The notes under the pieces are model-generated. The model ran no database searches. It was given only the letters and a program-made list of their open reading frames with translations, and was not told the origin of the DNA. DNA of 60,601 nucleotides from NCBI GenBank assembly GCA_036163695.1, contig JAYZKG010000053.1, positions 1-60,601 on the forward strand. The letters run 5' to 3'. Shown piece after piece: positions 8,443 to 17,743 of the stretch. Numbering within the stretch: position 1 is the stretch's first letter; the number at the start of each line of letters is the position of its first letter. Position numbers and translations under genes: made by a program. Source of the DNA: Actinomycetota bacterium (GTDB lineage: Bacteria > Actinomycetota > Acidimicrobiia > Actinomarinales > Actinomarinaceae).

Positions 8443-8900
8443 AAATATTGCCAATAGAAGAAATACAAAATATGGTTGGTCAAGAGACAGGCGTTTCAAA
8501 CTGGTTTGAAATTAATCAAGATAGAATTAACCAATTTGCTGATGCTACAAATGATCACCAATTTATACATGTAGACACGGAAGCTGCAAAGAGCACTCCT
8601 TGGGGAACAACTATAGCTCATGGTTTCTTAACATTAAGTTTACTTTCGTACATGACAACAGAGGTTGGAATTGCTCCAGAAAATTTTTCAATGGCAATAA
8701 ATTATGGGTTAGATAAGGTTAGATTTATGGAAGCTGTACCTGTAGACAGTAAAATAAGAGCTCGCTCAAAATTAATTGACGTACAGGACAAAAAGAGTGG
8801 CAGATGGTTATTGAAATCTGCTGTAACCATAGAAATAGAAAATGCTGAGAAACCAGCAGCAATTGTAGAAGCACTTACAATGTTCGTAGTTTCGGAATAG
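8439..8900 (+). CDS. MaoC-like (R)-specific enoyl-CoA hydratase / hotdog-fold dehydratase
   Basis: 153 aa. [36 protein letters not shown] is the MaoC dehydratase signature. It has an ATGA start/stop overlap with the kinase gene. Confidence 0.85.
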   Translation: MKILPIEEIQNMVGQETGVSNWFEINQDRINQFADATNDHQFIHVDTEAAKSTPWGTTIAHGFLTLSLLSYMTTEVGIAPENFSMAINYGLDKVRFMEAVPVDSKIRARSKLIDVQDKKSGRWLLKSAVTIEIENAEKPAAIVEALTMFVVSE

Positions 8901-8914
8901 CAAAAGGAGAGATA

Positions 8915-10090
8915 ATGAGAGAAGCAGTAATTGTATCAGCAGCAAGAACGCCTATTGGAAAAGCATATAGAGGAGCTTTCAACGATACCGCAGCAGCTAC
9001 TTTAGCATCTTTTTCAATAAAAGAAGCCGTATCAAAAGCCATGGTAGAGCCATCTGAAATTGAAGACATTATTATGGGGTGTGCTCAACAGCAAGGGAGC
9101 CAGGCGTTAAATATAGGAAGGCTTTCCGGGATGGCTTCTGGATTTCCAAGTTCTGTACCTGGAACAACAATTGATAGGCAATGTTCTTCTGGTCTTATGG
9201 CGATTGCAACCGGATCAAAGCAAATAATTACAGACCATATGGACATTGTTGTAGCTGGAGGTGTCGAATCTATAAGTTTAGTACAGACTGCTGAATTGAG
9301 ATTAGACATTGACCCAAATGTCATTGAAAATCACCAACACGCATATATGCCTATGATTGAAACGGCTGACCATGTTGCTGAAAAATATAATGTATCTAGA
9401 GAAAAGCAAGACGAGTATGCATTACAAAGTCAACAAAGGACTGCGGAAGCACAAGGCAATTCAAAATACGAAAATGAAATTATTTCAGTATCAACTACAA
9501 AACTTACCAAAGATAAAGAAACTGGTGAGATCAGTAAAGAAGAGGTTACTATCGAATCTGACGAAGGTAACCGTCCTGAAACAACTCTTGAAGGCTTAAG
9601 TACCTTACCTCCTGTTTATAATGATAAATTTATTACAGCAGGAAATGCTTCTCAACTCTCTGATGGTTCTGCATCAGTAGTCATTATGGAGTCATCAACA
9701 GCAGAGAAGAAAGGGTTAGAGCCACTTGGATACTATAGAGGAATAGCGGTAGCGGGTCTCGATCCGGAAGAGATGGGTATAGGGCCTATTTATGCTGTAC
9801 CAAAGTTATTAGACAAATTCAACCTAACTACTGACGATATTGATTTATGGGAGCTAAACGAAGCGTTTGCTGTACAAGCTTTATATTGTAGAGATTATCT
9901 AGGTATTGATAACGAAATATACAATGTAAATGGTGGGTCTATTTCTATTGGGCATCCTTACGGAATGACTGGAGCAAGAATGACTATGCACGCATTGATG
10001 GAAGGGAAAAGAAGAGGCTCAAAATATGTAGTTGTAACCATGTGCGTAGGTGGTGGAATGGGTGCAGCAGGGCTATTCGAAGTAATTTAG
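8915..10090 (+). CDS. acetyl-CoA C-acetyl/acyltransferase (thiolase)
   Basis: 391 aa. It has the active-site Cys block [15 protein letters not shown], and the C-terminal [13 protein letters not shown]. Confidence 0.92.
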   Translation: MREAVIVSAARTPIGKAYRGAFNDTAAATLASFSIKEAVSKAMVEPSEIEDIIMGCAQQQGSQALNIGRLSGMASGFPSSVPGTTIDRQCSSGLMAIATGSKQIITDHMDIVVAGGVESISLVQTAELRLDIDPNVIENHQHAYMPMIETADHVAEKYNVSREKQDEYALQSQQRTAEAQGNSKYENEIISVSTTKLTKDKETGEISKEEVTIESDEGNRPETTLEGLSTLPPVYNDKFITAGNASQLSDGSASVVIMESSTAEKKGLEPLGYYRGIAVAGLDPEEMGIGPIYAVPKLLDKFNLTTDDIDLWELNEAFAVQALYCRDYLGIDNEIYNVNGGSISIGHPYGMTGARMTMHALMEGKRRGSKYVVVTMCVGGGMGAAGLFEVI

Positions 10091-10111
10091 TCAGAACCAA
10101 GGAGGTATAGG

Positions 10112-11083
10112 TTGAAAGCTGTTGTATGCACAGAACTTGGAGAACCAAGCAAGCTTAAAGTTCAAGATATTGACTTAGGGAATGTAGGTGATAACCAATT
10201 ATTAATAACAGTTCAAGCAGCTGGAGTGAACTTTCCTGATGCTTTACTAGTTCAAGGGAAATATCAAGTAGTCATTGATCCCCCTTTTATTCCTGGAAAT
10301 GAAATTGCAGGGATAGTCAAAGAAGTAGGAAAAAATGTTAATACTGAAGTTGGAACTAAAGTTATTGGCCTCCCAGACATAGGCGCTTTTGCTGAGGAAA
10401 TTATATTAGACAGTAATGCAGTTATACCGATTGATAATGATTTCCCTAGCCAAGTCGCCGCGGCTCTTCCTATAAACTATGGGACGACTTACTATGCGCT
10501 TAAAAGAAGAGCTAATATCAAGAAGGGCGAAAAACTTCTTGTACTTGGAGCTGCTGGAGGAATAGGAACAGCATCAATACAACTTGGGAAAGTTTTAGGG
10601 GCAGAGGTCTATGCAGCTGTAGGTTCTGATGAGAAAGAAGATTATGTAAATAAAATAGGTGCCGATTTCGTTATAAGGTATGACAAAGACAACTTAAAAG
10701 AGAAGATAAAAGAACTAACTAACGGTTTAGGCGTAGATGTAGTAGTCGATCCTGTTGGCGGTGAATACTCTGAGCAAGCAGTTAGAGGGACAGCTTGGAA
10801 TGGAAGGTACCTAGTAATTGGCTTTGCAAATGGAACAATCCCCTCTATCCCATTAAATTTAACTCTTGTTAAAGGTATATCTATAGTTGGAGTCTGGTGG
10901 GGAAGATGGATGAAAACATCCCCTGATGAAGCAATGCAAGATTTTTCAGAACTAATTTCATATATAAAGAAAGAAGAGTTGATAATTGAACCTGCAGAAA
11001 TTTATACAATTGAAGAAGTTCCTAAGGCACTTCAGAATTTCCTTGATAGAAATAATTTAGGTAAAGCTGTAATTGAATTTTAA
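10112..11083 (+). CDS. NADPH:quinone oxidoreductase / zeta-crystallin-type MDR family oxidoreductase
   Basis: 323 aa. TTG start at 10112 with GGAGG at 10101-10105. It has the AAGVNFPD, PFIPGNEIAG and VLGAAGGIGTASIQLGK motifs. Confidence 0.8.
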   Translation: MKAVVCTELGEPSKLKVQDIDLGNVGDNQLLITVQAAGVNFPDALLVQGKYQVVIDPPFIPGNEIAGIVKEVGKNVNTEVGTKVIGLPDIGAFAEEIILDSNAVIPIDNDFPSQVAAALPINYGTTYYALKRRANIKKGEKLLVLGAAGGIGTASIQLGKVLGAEVYAAVGSDEKEDYVNKIGADFVIRYDKDNLKEKIKELTNGLGVDVVVDPVGGEYSEQAVRGTAWNGRYLVIGFANGTIPSIPLNLTLVKGISIVGVWWGRWMKTSPDEAMQDFSELISYIKKEELIIEPAEIYTIEEVPKALQNFLDRNNLGKAVIEF

Positions 11084-11710
11084 TTATTTTTTAGATCCAG
11101 CAAAGTAAGGATTCTGTCCAGAAGAATGATCTGTCGCATCAATTACATTGCCTATTTCAGGTATGGCCTCTTTTAAAGAAGCTTCTATTCCTTGAGATAA
11201 TGTCACTTGAGCCATTCCACACCCTTGACAACCTCCTCCAAGTTGTAGGTAAACATCATTACCTTCAACATTTACTAATGTGGCTACCCCGCCATGTGCA
11301 GCTATTGCTGGATTAATTTGTTGTTCCAGTATCGTTTTAACTTTATTAGCCAGATCGCCCGTAAGCTCGGGAAGTGGCTCAGAGCTATCAATTATGCTTG
11401 GGCTAGGTGTATTTGGATTGTCCATTTCTAGTGAATTCATATCTTCAGATAAATTAAGCGAGGCATTTTCAAATTTATCTTTATCTTTTGCAGCAATAAT
11501 TACTGTTAAGTCTCCAAATTTTAATAACTCGTCATCACTCCTGGCTTCTTCAACATCTAGAAAGCTTAAATCATAGGTGTATTGATTCCCCTGCATACCA
11601 TCAATTTGAAGAAATAGAGCATATTCCTTATCTCCTGGCTCTTGCTCTCTTAGTTCAATAATCTTATCGACAGCCTTATTATCAATATTAAATTTTGAAG
11701 ATTCTGTCAT
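11084..11710 (-). CDS. NfuA-like Fe-S cluster carrier (degenerate A-type N-domain + Nfu C-domain)
   Basis: 208 aa. The C-terminal Nfu domain has ...AHGGVATLVNVEGNDVYLQLGGGCQGCGMA... (CxxC). Its stop codon directly abuts the convergent stop of the preceding gene. Confidence 0.75.
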   Translation of the reverse strand: MTESSKFNIDNKAVDKIIELREQEPGDKEYALFLQIDGMQGNQYTYDLSFLDVEEARSDDELLKFGDLTVIIAAKDKDKFENASLNLSEDMNSLEMDNPNTPSPSIIDSSEPLPELTGDLANKVKTILEQQINPAIAAHGGVATLVNVEGNDVYLQLGGGCQGCGMAQVTLSQGIEASLKEAIPEIGNVIDATDHSSGQNPYFAGSKK

Positions 11711-11737
11711 AATTAGATTGTACTAAATGTAGGATAT

Positions 11738-12937
11738 GTGCAAAAGATGAAAAAAGTACTCTTTGTAATACCTGATAAAAGCTATAAATCTCAAGATTTT
11801 GTTAATTCAGCAAATAAATTAGGGATAGATATGGTAATTATTACTGATTCCGAACAAGCAGCTCAACAACTAGGAGCAAAAAATATTTTTTCTATGGAAT
11901 TTGATACTCTGTCTAAAGAAAAACTAAATGATTTGCCTCAAGATATCAAACTAGCACTCCCGGTAGATCACTCCAGTGTTCTATTTGCATCAAAAATAGT
12001 GGAAGAGCTAGGGATCGAAGGAAATTCAATTGAGTCAGTGGAAAACTGCTTATACAAAGAGAGAACCAGATTAAAACTAACTAATATTAACCAATTACAG
12101 CCAAGGTTCATCAAAGCAAAATCCTTGAATGAAATAAACAAATTTAGAGAAAAAATTAATTCAAAAATAATTATTAAACCTAACGATGGAGTAGCAAGTA
12201 TTGGTGTTATGTCTGTTGATGAAAAAGAAAATAGAGATACAGAAATACATAACATTATTAATAGTTGCACAAATAAGGAAGTTGTTGTTGAAGAATTTTT
12301 TGAAGGTCAAGAATATGCATACGAAGGGTACCTTAAGGAAGGAAAGCTGAACAAAATTGTTATCTTTGAAAAACCAGGTGATTATTCAGGACCATATTTT
12401 GAAGAAAAGATATTTATAGCACCATCAGATCTTGGTAATGAAAGAGTTAATCAGATACAAAAAATTTGCCAATCAGCATGTTCTGAATTAGGAATAACTG
12501 TTGGACCAGTTCATATTGAATTCAAAATAATTAATGACAAAATATTCATAATCGAGGTCAACCCTAGAACTATTGGTGGACTATGTTCGAGATCTTTAAA
12601 TTTTAACCTTTTTAGAAACTCCCTTGAAACCGTAATCTTATCTGATTTGGTAAATGACAAACAGGTATCATTAAATTTAGCTTCTAATTCAACTGGAGTA
12701 TTGATGCTTTCAATACCTGAGGAGGGAATATTTAAAGGTATAAAAAATATAGAAAAAGCAAAGAAGCTAAAGGAAATAGTAAACATAGAAATCTCATTGC
12801 CTATAGACACACACATAAACAAACCTCCATTCTCTGAAAGGTATCTTGGATTTGTCTTTGCAAATGGAGAATCTAATGCTGAAACAAAGAATGCTTTACT
12901 TGAATGTGAAGATTTACTAGAGCCAATAATTGAATAG
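11738..12937 (+). CDS. ATP-grasp family ligase of unknown substrate
   Basis: 399 aa (GTG at 11738; alternative ATG at 11747). It has an ATP-grasp core: IIIKPNDGVASIGV, VVVEEFFEGQEYAYEGY and GPVHIEFKI...IIEVNPRTIGG. Confidence 0.7.
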   Translation: MQKMKKVLFVIPDKSYKSQDFVNSANKLGIDMVIITDSEQAAQQLGAKNIFSMEFDTLSKEKLNDLPQDIKLALPVDHSSVLFASKIVEELGIEGNSIESVENCLYKERTRLKLTNINQLQPRFIKAKSLNEINKFREKINSKIIIKPNDGVASIGVMSVDEKENRDTEIHNIINSCTNKEVVVEEFFEGQEYAYEGYLKEGKLNKIVIFEKPGDYSGPYFEEKIFIAPSDLGNERVNQIQKICQSACSELGITVGPVHIEFKIINDKIFIIEVNPRTIGGLCSRSLNFNLFRNSLETVILSDLVNDKQVSLNLASNSTGVLMLSIPEEGIFKGIKNIEKAKKLKEIVNIEISLPIDTHINKPPFSERYLGFVFANGESNAETKNALLECEDLLEPIIE

Positions 12938-12953
12938 ATAGTATTATCAAGTC

Positions 12954-13580
12954 ATGAGCTCCATATCATCTCTTATTTCAGCAGGAGGGGAATGTCAAGT
13001 ACAAAGAGACAGCTTAAATAATGAATACAATTATTTAATTGGAGTTGACTCTGGTGTATCTCATTTGTATAGGTTATTCTTGCGACCAACTCATATTATC
13101 GGAGATTTCGATTCTATATCAAAAAAAGATTTAGACAGAGGAAAAAAAGATGGGGCGACTTTTATTGAACTAGAAGAAAGTAAAGATCAATCCGATTTAG
13201 AAGCTGCCTTTCAATTAGCTTTTGACTTAAAGAGTGATGAAATTATCCTCATTGGTGGTGAGGGAGGAGAGGTAGATCAGTTATTCGGAATCTTCGCTCT
13301 ATGCGCTGCATTTTCAAACAACTTGAATATTAAATGGATGAATAAAGGATACGACATATTTTTTCAAAATGAAATAACTCTAAATGTAGAAAAGGGTCAA
13401 CTATTCAGCATTGTTCCAATAACAAACCTTAAAAAGGTTTTCATAGAAGGTGCACACTGGAATTTAGATGGTGAAAATATTGAACTAGGTTCATCTCAAA
13501 CTCTTAGGAATGAATCTGTAGGTGAACAAGTATCTATCAAAATTGAAGAAGGAAAAGCTGCAATTTTAGTTAAGATCTAG
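12954..13580 (+). CDS. thiN: thiamine pyrophosphokinase
   Basis: 208 aa. LIGVDSGVSHL...PTHIIGDFDSI (GDFDS motif) plus DQSDLEAA and LIGGEGGEVDQ blocks are typical of TPK. It lies 16 nt downstream of the ATP-grasp gene. Confidence 0.8.
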   Translation: MSSISSLISAGGECQVQRDSLNNEYNYLIGVDSGVSHLYRLFLRPTHIIGDFDSISKKDLDRGKKDGATFIELEESKDQSDLEAAFQLAFDLKSDEIILIGGEGGEVDQLFGIFALCAAFSNNLNIKWMNKGYDIFFQNEITLNVEKGQLFSIVPITNLKKVFIEGAHWNLDGENIELGSSQTLRNESVGEQVSIKIEEGKAAILVKI

Positions 13581-14787
13581 GAATATCCTTCCAAGCTTTA
13601 TCTTTGTCTAATTTTGGCTCGCTTGGTAGACCGAGGACTCTTTCTGCAATAATATTTCTCATAATCTCAGAAGTTCCACCCTCTATAGAGTTTGCTCTAG
13701 ATCTTAGAAATAGACTTTGTGTATCAGTAAATCCAAAAGTCTCGTTTTCAAAATTTAATTCAGGTTGAGTCAACTCGTATCCCCTTGGAAATAGTAAAGC
13801 TTCTTGTCCAATGAGCTCCATAGCAAACTCGTAGGATTCTTTATTTATTTCCGCCTCGTACAGCTTGCTAGTAGACCCTTCAGGTCCTGGTGTTCCTTTT
13901 GCACGAGATTCAGCGTCCCTCATATTTGTTAAGCGAACTGCTTCTTGCTGGATCCACAATTCTAAAAGCCTGTCTCTTTGTGTAGAATCAGATAATTCTC
14001 TGTCTTTCCATAGCTGAACTAGGTGCCCTGGAGCCCCGGTCCCCCTTTCTCTAACATTTCCTCCTATTGCAACTCTCTCATTCATTAATATGGTTAGAGA
14101 CACTCTCCATCCATCACCAACTTCTCCAAGTAAATTCTCTTTCGGGACTCTAGCGTCTGTAAAATAAATCTCATTAAACTCCGCTTCTCCTGTTATTTGC
14201 CTTAATGGCCTTACTTCTACACCATCAGCTTCCATGTCAACTATAAAAAATGTTAGCCCCCTATGTTTTGGAACTTCTGGATCAGTCCTTGTAACTACTA
14301 ATCCCCATTTTGCTAAATGGCCTAAAGTAGTCCATACTTTTTGACCATTTATTATATAAGAGTCTCCGTCATCTACTGCACGTGTTGAAAGGCTAGCTAA
14401 ATCTGATCCAGATCCTGGCTCTGAAAATAATTGACACCAAATCTCATCAGCTACAAACATAGGTCTCAAATATCTGTCTATCTGTTCTTTTGTTCCAAAT
14501 TCAACAATTGTCGGGGCACCCATACCTATCCCTAATATATTCGCTATCCTATTCTGTTGTGATATGCCAGCTTTTCTTAACTCTTCTATAACTAGCAATT
14601 GGTATTTTGGATTGACTCCAAGACCCCCTGCACCTTCAGGAAACTGAACCCATGCAAGGCCTAGGTCAAATTGCTTACCCCAGAACTCTTTTATATCTTG
14701 GTCTTCTTCCCTAAAGGAAATCAATTCTGAAATCTTATCTCTGACTAGTTTCTCTGTGTCAGATTGTTTTACTTTTACATCAGACAT
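13570..14787 (-). CDS. acyl-CoA dehydrogenase (FadE-type)
   Basis: 405 aa. CQLFSEPGSGSDLASLSTRAVDDGDSYIINGQKVWTT and the C-terminal IEGGTSEIMRNIIAERVLGLP are canonical ACAD blocks. Confidence 0.9.
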   Translation of the reverse strand: MSDVKVKQSDTEKLVRDKISELISFREEDQDIKEFWGKQFDLGLAWVQFPEGAGGLGVNPKYQLLVIEELRKAGISQQNRIANILGIGMGAPTIVEFGTKEQIDRYLRPMFVADEIWCQLFSEPGSGSDLASLSTRAVDDGDSYIINGQKVWTTLGHLAKWGLVVTRTDPEVPKHRGLTFFIVDMEADGVEVRPLRQITGEAEFNEIYFTDARVPKENLLGEVGDGWRVSLTILMNERVAIGGNVRERGTGAPGHLVQLWKDRELSDSTQRDRLLELWIQQEAVRLTNMRDAESRAKGTPGPEGSTSKLYEAEINKESYEFAMELIGQEALLFPRGYELTQPELNFENETFGFTDTQSLFLRSRANSIEGGTSEIMRNIIAERVLGLPSEPKLDKDKAWKDIPRS

Positions 14788-14819
14788 ATGTTTTAATTAT
14801 AGTAACTAAAGAAATTACT

Positions 14820-15722
14820 CTAGCTTCCCTGGACAGCTTGCTGAATAATAACAAACTCATCTTCATTATTCATAGGATATGTTTCATTATCTATAGTTCT
14901 TATCTTGTCAATATTTGACTCAACATCATCTGCTGTCGCATCAGGGTTATAATATCCAACATGAGTACTGATTCCAACTCTAGCAAAACGTCCAGCTCCA
15001 ACTGAATAAATTTCATGTGTTGGCTCACATGCCTCAGAAGCCAAATAAGCAACCATTGGAGCAACCTGTTCAACTTTGAAAAGCTTACCCATCTCTTCAC
15101 CAAATATAGCTTCTGTCATTCTTGTCATTGCATTTGGGGCAATTACATTGGCTTTAATATTATATTTTGAACCCTCAATAGCTAAAATATTTGTAAGACC
15201 CACTATCCCCATTTTTGCAGCACCATAATTAGCCTGTCCGAAGTTTCCAAACAAGCCTGATGGAGATGCAATATTTACTATACGACCATATGAATTCTCT
15301 TTCATAAATTTAAATGCGGGATGGCAAACATAAAAAGTCCCCTTTAAATGTACATCAATCACAATAGAAAACTCTTCTTCAGTCATGTTAGCGAAACTTT
15401 TATCTCTCAAAATTCCTGCGTTATTGACTACTGCATCTACTTTCCCGTAAGTGTCAATAGCAGTTGATACAATTCCTTCTCCTCCTTCTTTTGTTGCTAC
15501 GGAGTCATAGTTCGCCACTGCCTCTCCGCCTTTTGATTGAATCTCTTCCACAACATCATCCGCCGGAGAATTCCCTGAACCAGAACCATCTACTGCCCCG
15601 CCAAGATCGTTCACTACTACTTTTGCACCTCGGTTAGCTAAGTCTAAAGCATAAGATTTTCCTAAACCATTTCCTGCTCCTGTTACAATAACTACCCTGT
15701 CTTCAAAATTTACCTTAGACAT
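14820..15722 (-). CDS. SDR-family (3R)-hydroxyacyl-CoA dehydrogenase, MFE-2/Hsd4A-like dehydrogenase domain
   Basis: 300 aa. VVIVTGAGNGLGKSYALDLANRGAKVVVNDLGG...DG...ADDVVEEI...GGEAVANYDSV follows the HSD17B4-type N-terminal domain pattern. The YGAAK catalytic motif is present. Confidence 0.8.
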   Translation of the reverse strand: MSKVNFEDRVVIVTGAGNGLGKSYALDLANRGAKVVVNDLGGAVDGSGSGNSPADDVVEEIQSKGGEAVANYDSVATKEGGEGIVSTAIDTYGKVDAVVNNAGILRDKSFANMTEEEFSIVIDVHLKGTFYVCHPAFKFMKENSYGRIVNIASPSGLFGNFGQANYGAAKMGIVGLTNILAIEGSKYNIKANVIAPNAMTRMTEAIFGEEMGKLFKVEQVAPMVAYLASEACEPTHEIYSVGAGRFARVGISTHVGYYNPDATADDVESNIDKIRTIDNETYPMNNEDEFVIIQQAVQGS

Positions 15723-17654
15723 TTACTCCTCCCCCTCATACATGCTCTCTATCTGTTCATTATACTTCTCGTTTATTACATTCCTCTTCAACTTAAGAGT
15801 AGGGGTAAGCTCACCGCTTGTATCTGTCCACTCATTATCCAAAATAACAAATTTCTTAATTTGCTGAACTTGAGCAACTTTACTATTTGCTTCATCTACT
15901 TGTTCTTGAATTGCTCTAATAACCTTTTCATTAGTAGAAAGGCTTTTTAGGTCATAGGTAATCCCATTCTCTTCAGACCACTTCTCTGCACCTCCATCAG
16001 CATCTAGTACAACAAGAGCAGTTAGATATTTTTTACCGTCTCCAACAACGCAAACCTGCCCTACTAAAACATGTGGTTTAATTAATTCTTCAACTTCTAC
16101 AGGAGCAATGTTTTTCCCTGCCGAAGTAATAAGGATTTCTTTCTTTCTTCCTATAATTTTTACGTATCCGGCATCGTCAATCTCAGCTAAATCTCCAGTG
16201 TGGAGCCATCCTTCACTATCAAATGTTTCTGCTGTTTGTTCTTCGTCTTTGTAATAGCCTTGGGTAACATGGCTTCCCCTCATGCAAAGCTCTCCGTCTT
16301 CTTCTATTCGTACTTCTGTACCAGCAATTGGTAAGCCGACTTTCCCAATAGGATTAGATACCTTTGGAATAGGAACACCTGCAGCTTTTAACTTTTCTCC
16401 AAAACCTACCATGGCATTTTTGGTTATCCCAACAGTACATGGACCAGTATCTTCGGTCATTCCATATATCTCTGTAATATCAATACCTATGGCATGGAAC
16501 CATTTATGAACATCTGGATTCATCGGTGCAGCTGCAGTAACAAAATATTCTGTGTCTGCAATTCCTAGTCCGTCTTTAAACTTTGAAAAAACTAACTTCG
16601 AAAAGATTTTATCTTTTACTCTAACTCCAACTGGAGGGGTTTCTCCTCTTTGTTCGTACTCTACCCTCTCTATACCATTGTCAATAGCCTTGAGAGCTAA
16701 ATCTTTCTTATCTGAATCATTAATTTTTGCTAGTAGACCTGCTTTTACTTTTTCCCAAACTCTAGGTACAGCTAGTAAAACTGAAGGTTTAATCGTTGGT
16801 AAAGCTTTTGCAAGATCTTCTAATACTGGAACCGGGAATATTTGCCCAACCCTATAAAGTGCTTGGTAGTGATCTCCAGCTCTTGCAGCAATATGAGCCA
16901 TAGGTAAGTAAGATACAATTCGTGGATTACTCGATGCTGTAATCATTTGAGAAAAAAGGCTTTCATTAGTCCATATAACATTATGGTGACTAATCATCAC
17001 ACCTTTAGGTCTTCCAGTGGTCCCAGAAGTGAAAATTAAGCAAGCAAGCGAATCTGGGGTTACAGTTGCTATTGCTTGGTCAAGCTTCTCCCTACCATCT
17101 TTTAATAATTCATCACCTTTTTCAATTAACTGCTCCCAACTTAGAACATACTCTTTATCTTTGTGCTTTTCATAATCGTTAAATAAAATTATATATTCAA
17201 GTTTTGGACATTTTTTCTTTGCTTCATCTACTTCTGTAAATAGTTCAGAATCTCCAACAAAGGCGACCTTTGCTTCCATGAGGTCTGCTACATACTCAAT
17301 CTGTCCTGACTTTAACTGTCGATAAAGAGTAGAAGGGACTGCTCCTGTGTGCAATATAGCTAAGTCAGCTATATTGTGCTCTAAGCAATTGCTTGACATA
17401 ATAAATCCAGTATCTTTAGGAGTTAATCCTAAAGATATTAATCCTGCAGCTACTCTATGTACCATATTCCTAGTTTCTGACCAACTCATAGGGTTCCAGG
17501 AAGTGTATTCACTATTAGCTGGTTCATTTAATGCTGGGAAATCTCCAAATTCATCTGCATTCCTATTTAGTAAATCTATTAATGTTAGCCCATCAACTGA
17601 TGCGCTAATTTCATCTGCTTGGTCTTTTAGAAACTGGTGGATATTATTCTTCAA
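15723..17654 (-). CDS. long-chain fatty acid--CoA ligase (AMP-forming)
   Basis: 643 aa. AMP-binding motif LIFTSGTTGRPKGVMISH, then YGMTE and GWLHTGDLAEIDDAGYVKIIGRKKE. TTG start at 17654 with a GGAG Shine-Dalgarno 5 nt upstream. No gap to the SDR gene. Confidence 0.9.
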   Translation of the reverse strand: MKNNIHQFLKDQADEISASVDGLTLIDLLNRNADEFGDFPALNEPANSEYTSWNPMSWSETRNMVHRVAAGLISLGLTPKDTGFIMSSNCLEHNIADLAILHTGAVPSTLYRQLKSGQIEYVADLMEAKVAFVGDSELFTEVDEAKKKCPKLEYIILFNDYEKHKDKEYVLSWEQLIEKGDELLKDGREKLDQAIATVTPDSLACLIFTSGTTGRPKGVMISHHNVIWTNESLFSQMITASSNPRIVSYLPMAHIAARAGDHYQALYRVGQIFPVPVLEDLAKALPTIKPSVLLAVPRVWEKVKAGLLAKINDSDKKDLALKAIDNGIERVEYEQRGETPPVGVRVKDKIFSKLVFSKFKDGLGIADTEYFVTAAAPMNPDVHKWFHAIGIDITEIYGMTEDTGPCTVGITKNAMVGFGEKLKAAGVPIPKVSNPIGKVGLPIAGTEVRIEEDGELCMRGSHVTQGYYKDEEQTAETFDSEGWLHTGDLAEIDDAGYVKIIGRKKEILITSAGKNIAPVEVEELIKPHVLVGQVCVVGDGKKYLTALVVLDADGGAEKWSEENGITYDLKSLSTNEKVIRAIQEQVDEANSKVAQVQQIKKFVILDNEWTDTSGELTPTLKLKRNVINEKYNEQIESMYEGEE

Positions 17655-17743
17655 AGTCTTCTCCTTCTATATATGCAAAAATATACTAAGTAAATTTTAG
17701 ATTATGGTGAAGCAATATGCCATTGAAAATTTGAGTAACTTAG

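Noticed and set aside
8915-10090. The two thiolase genes (8915-10090 and 52722-53873), two ACADs and two MaoC genes as possible recent duplications or repeat-mediated rearrangement substrates.
   Set aside because: The protein sequences are clearly diverged paralogs with different motif variants, and I saw no extended nucleotide identity between the copies.
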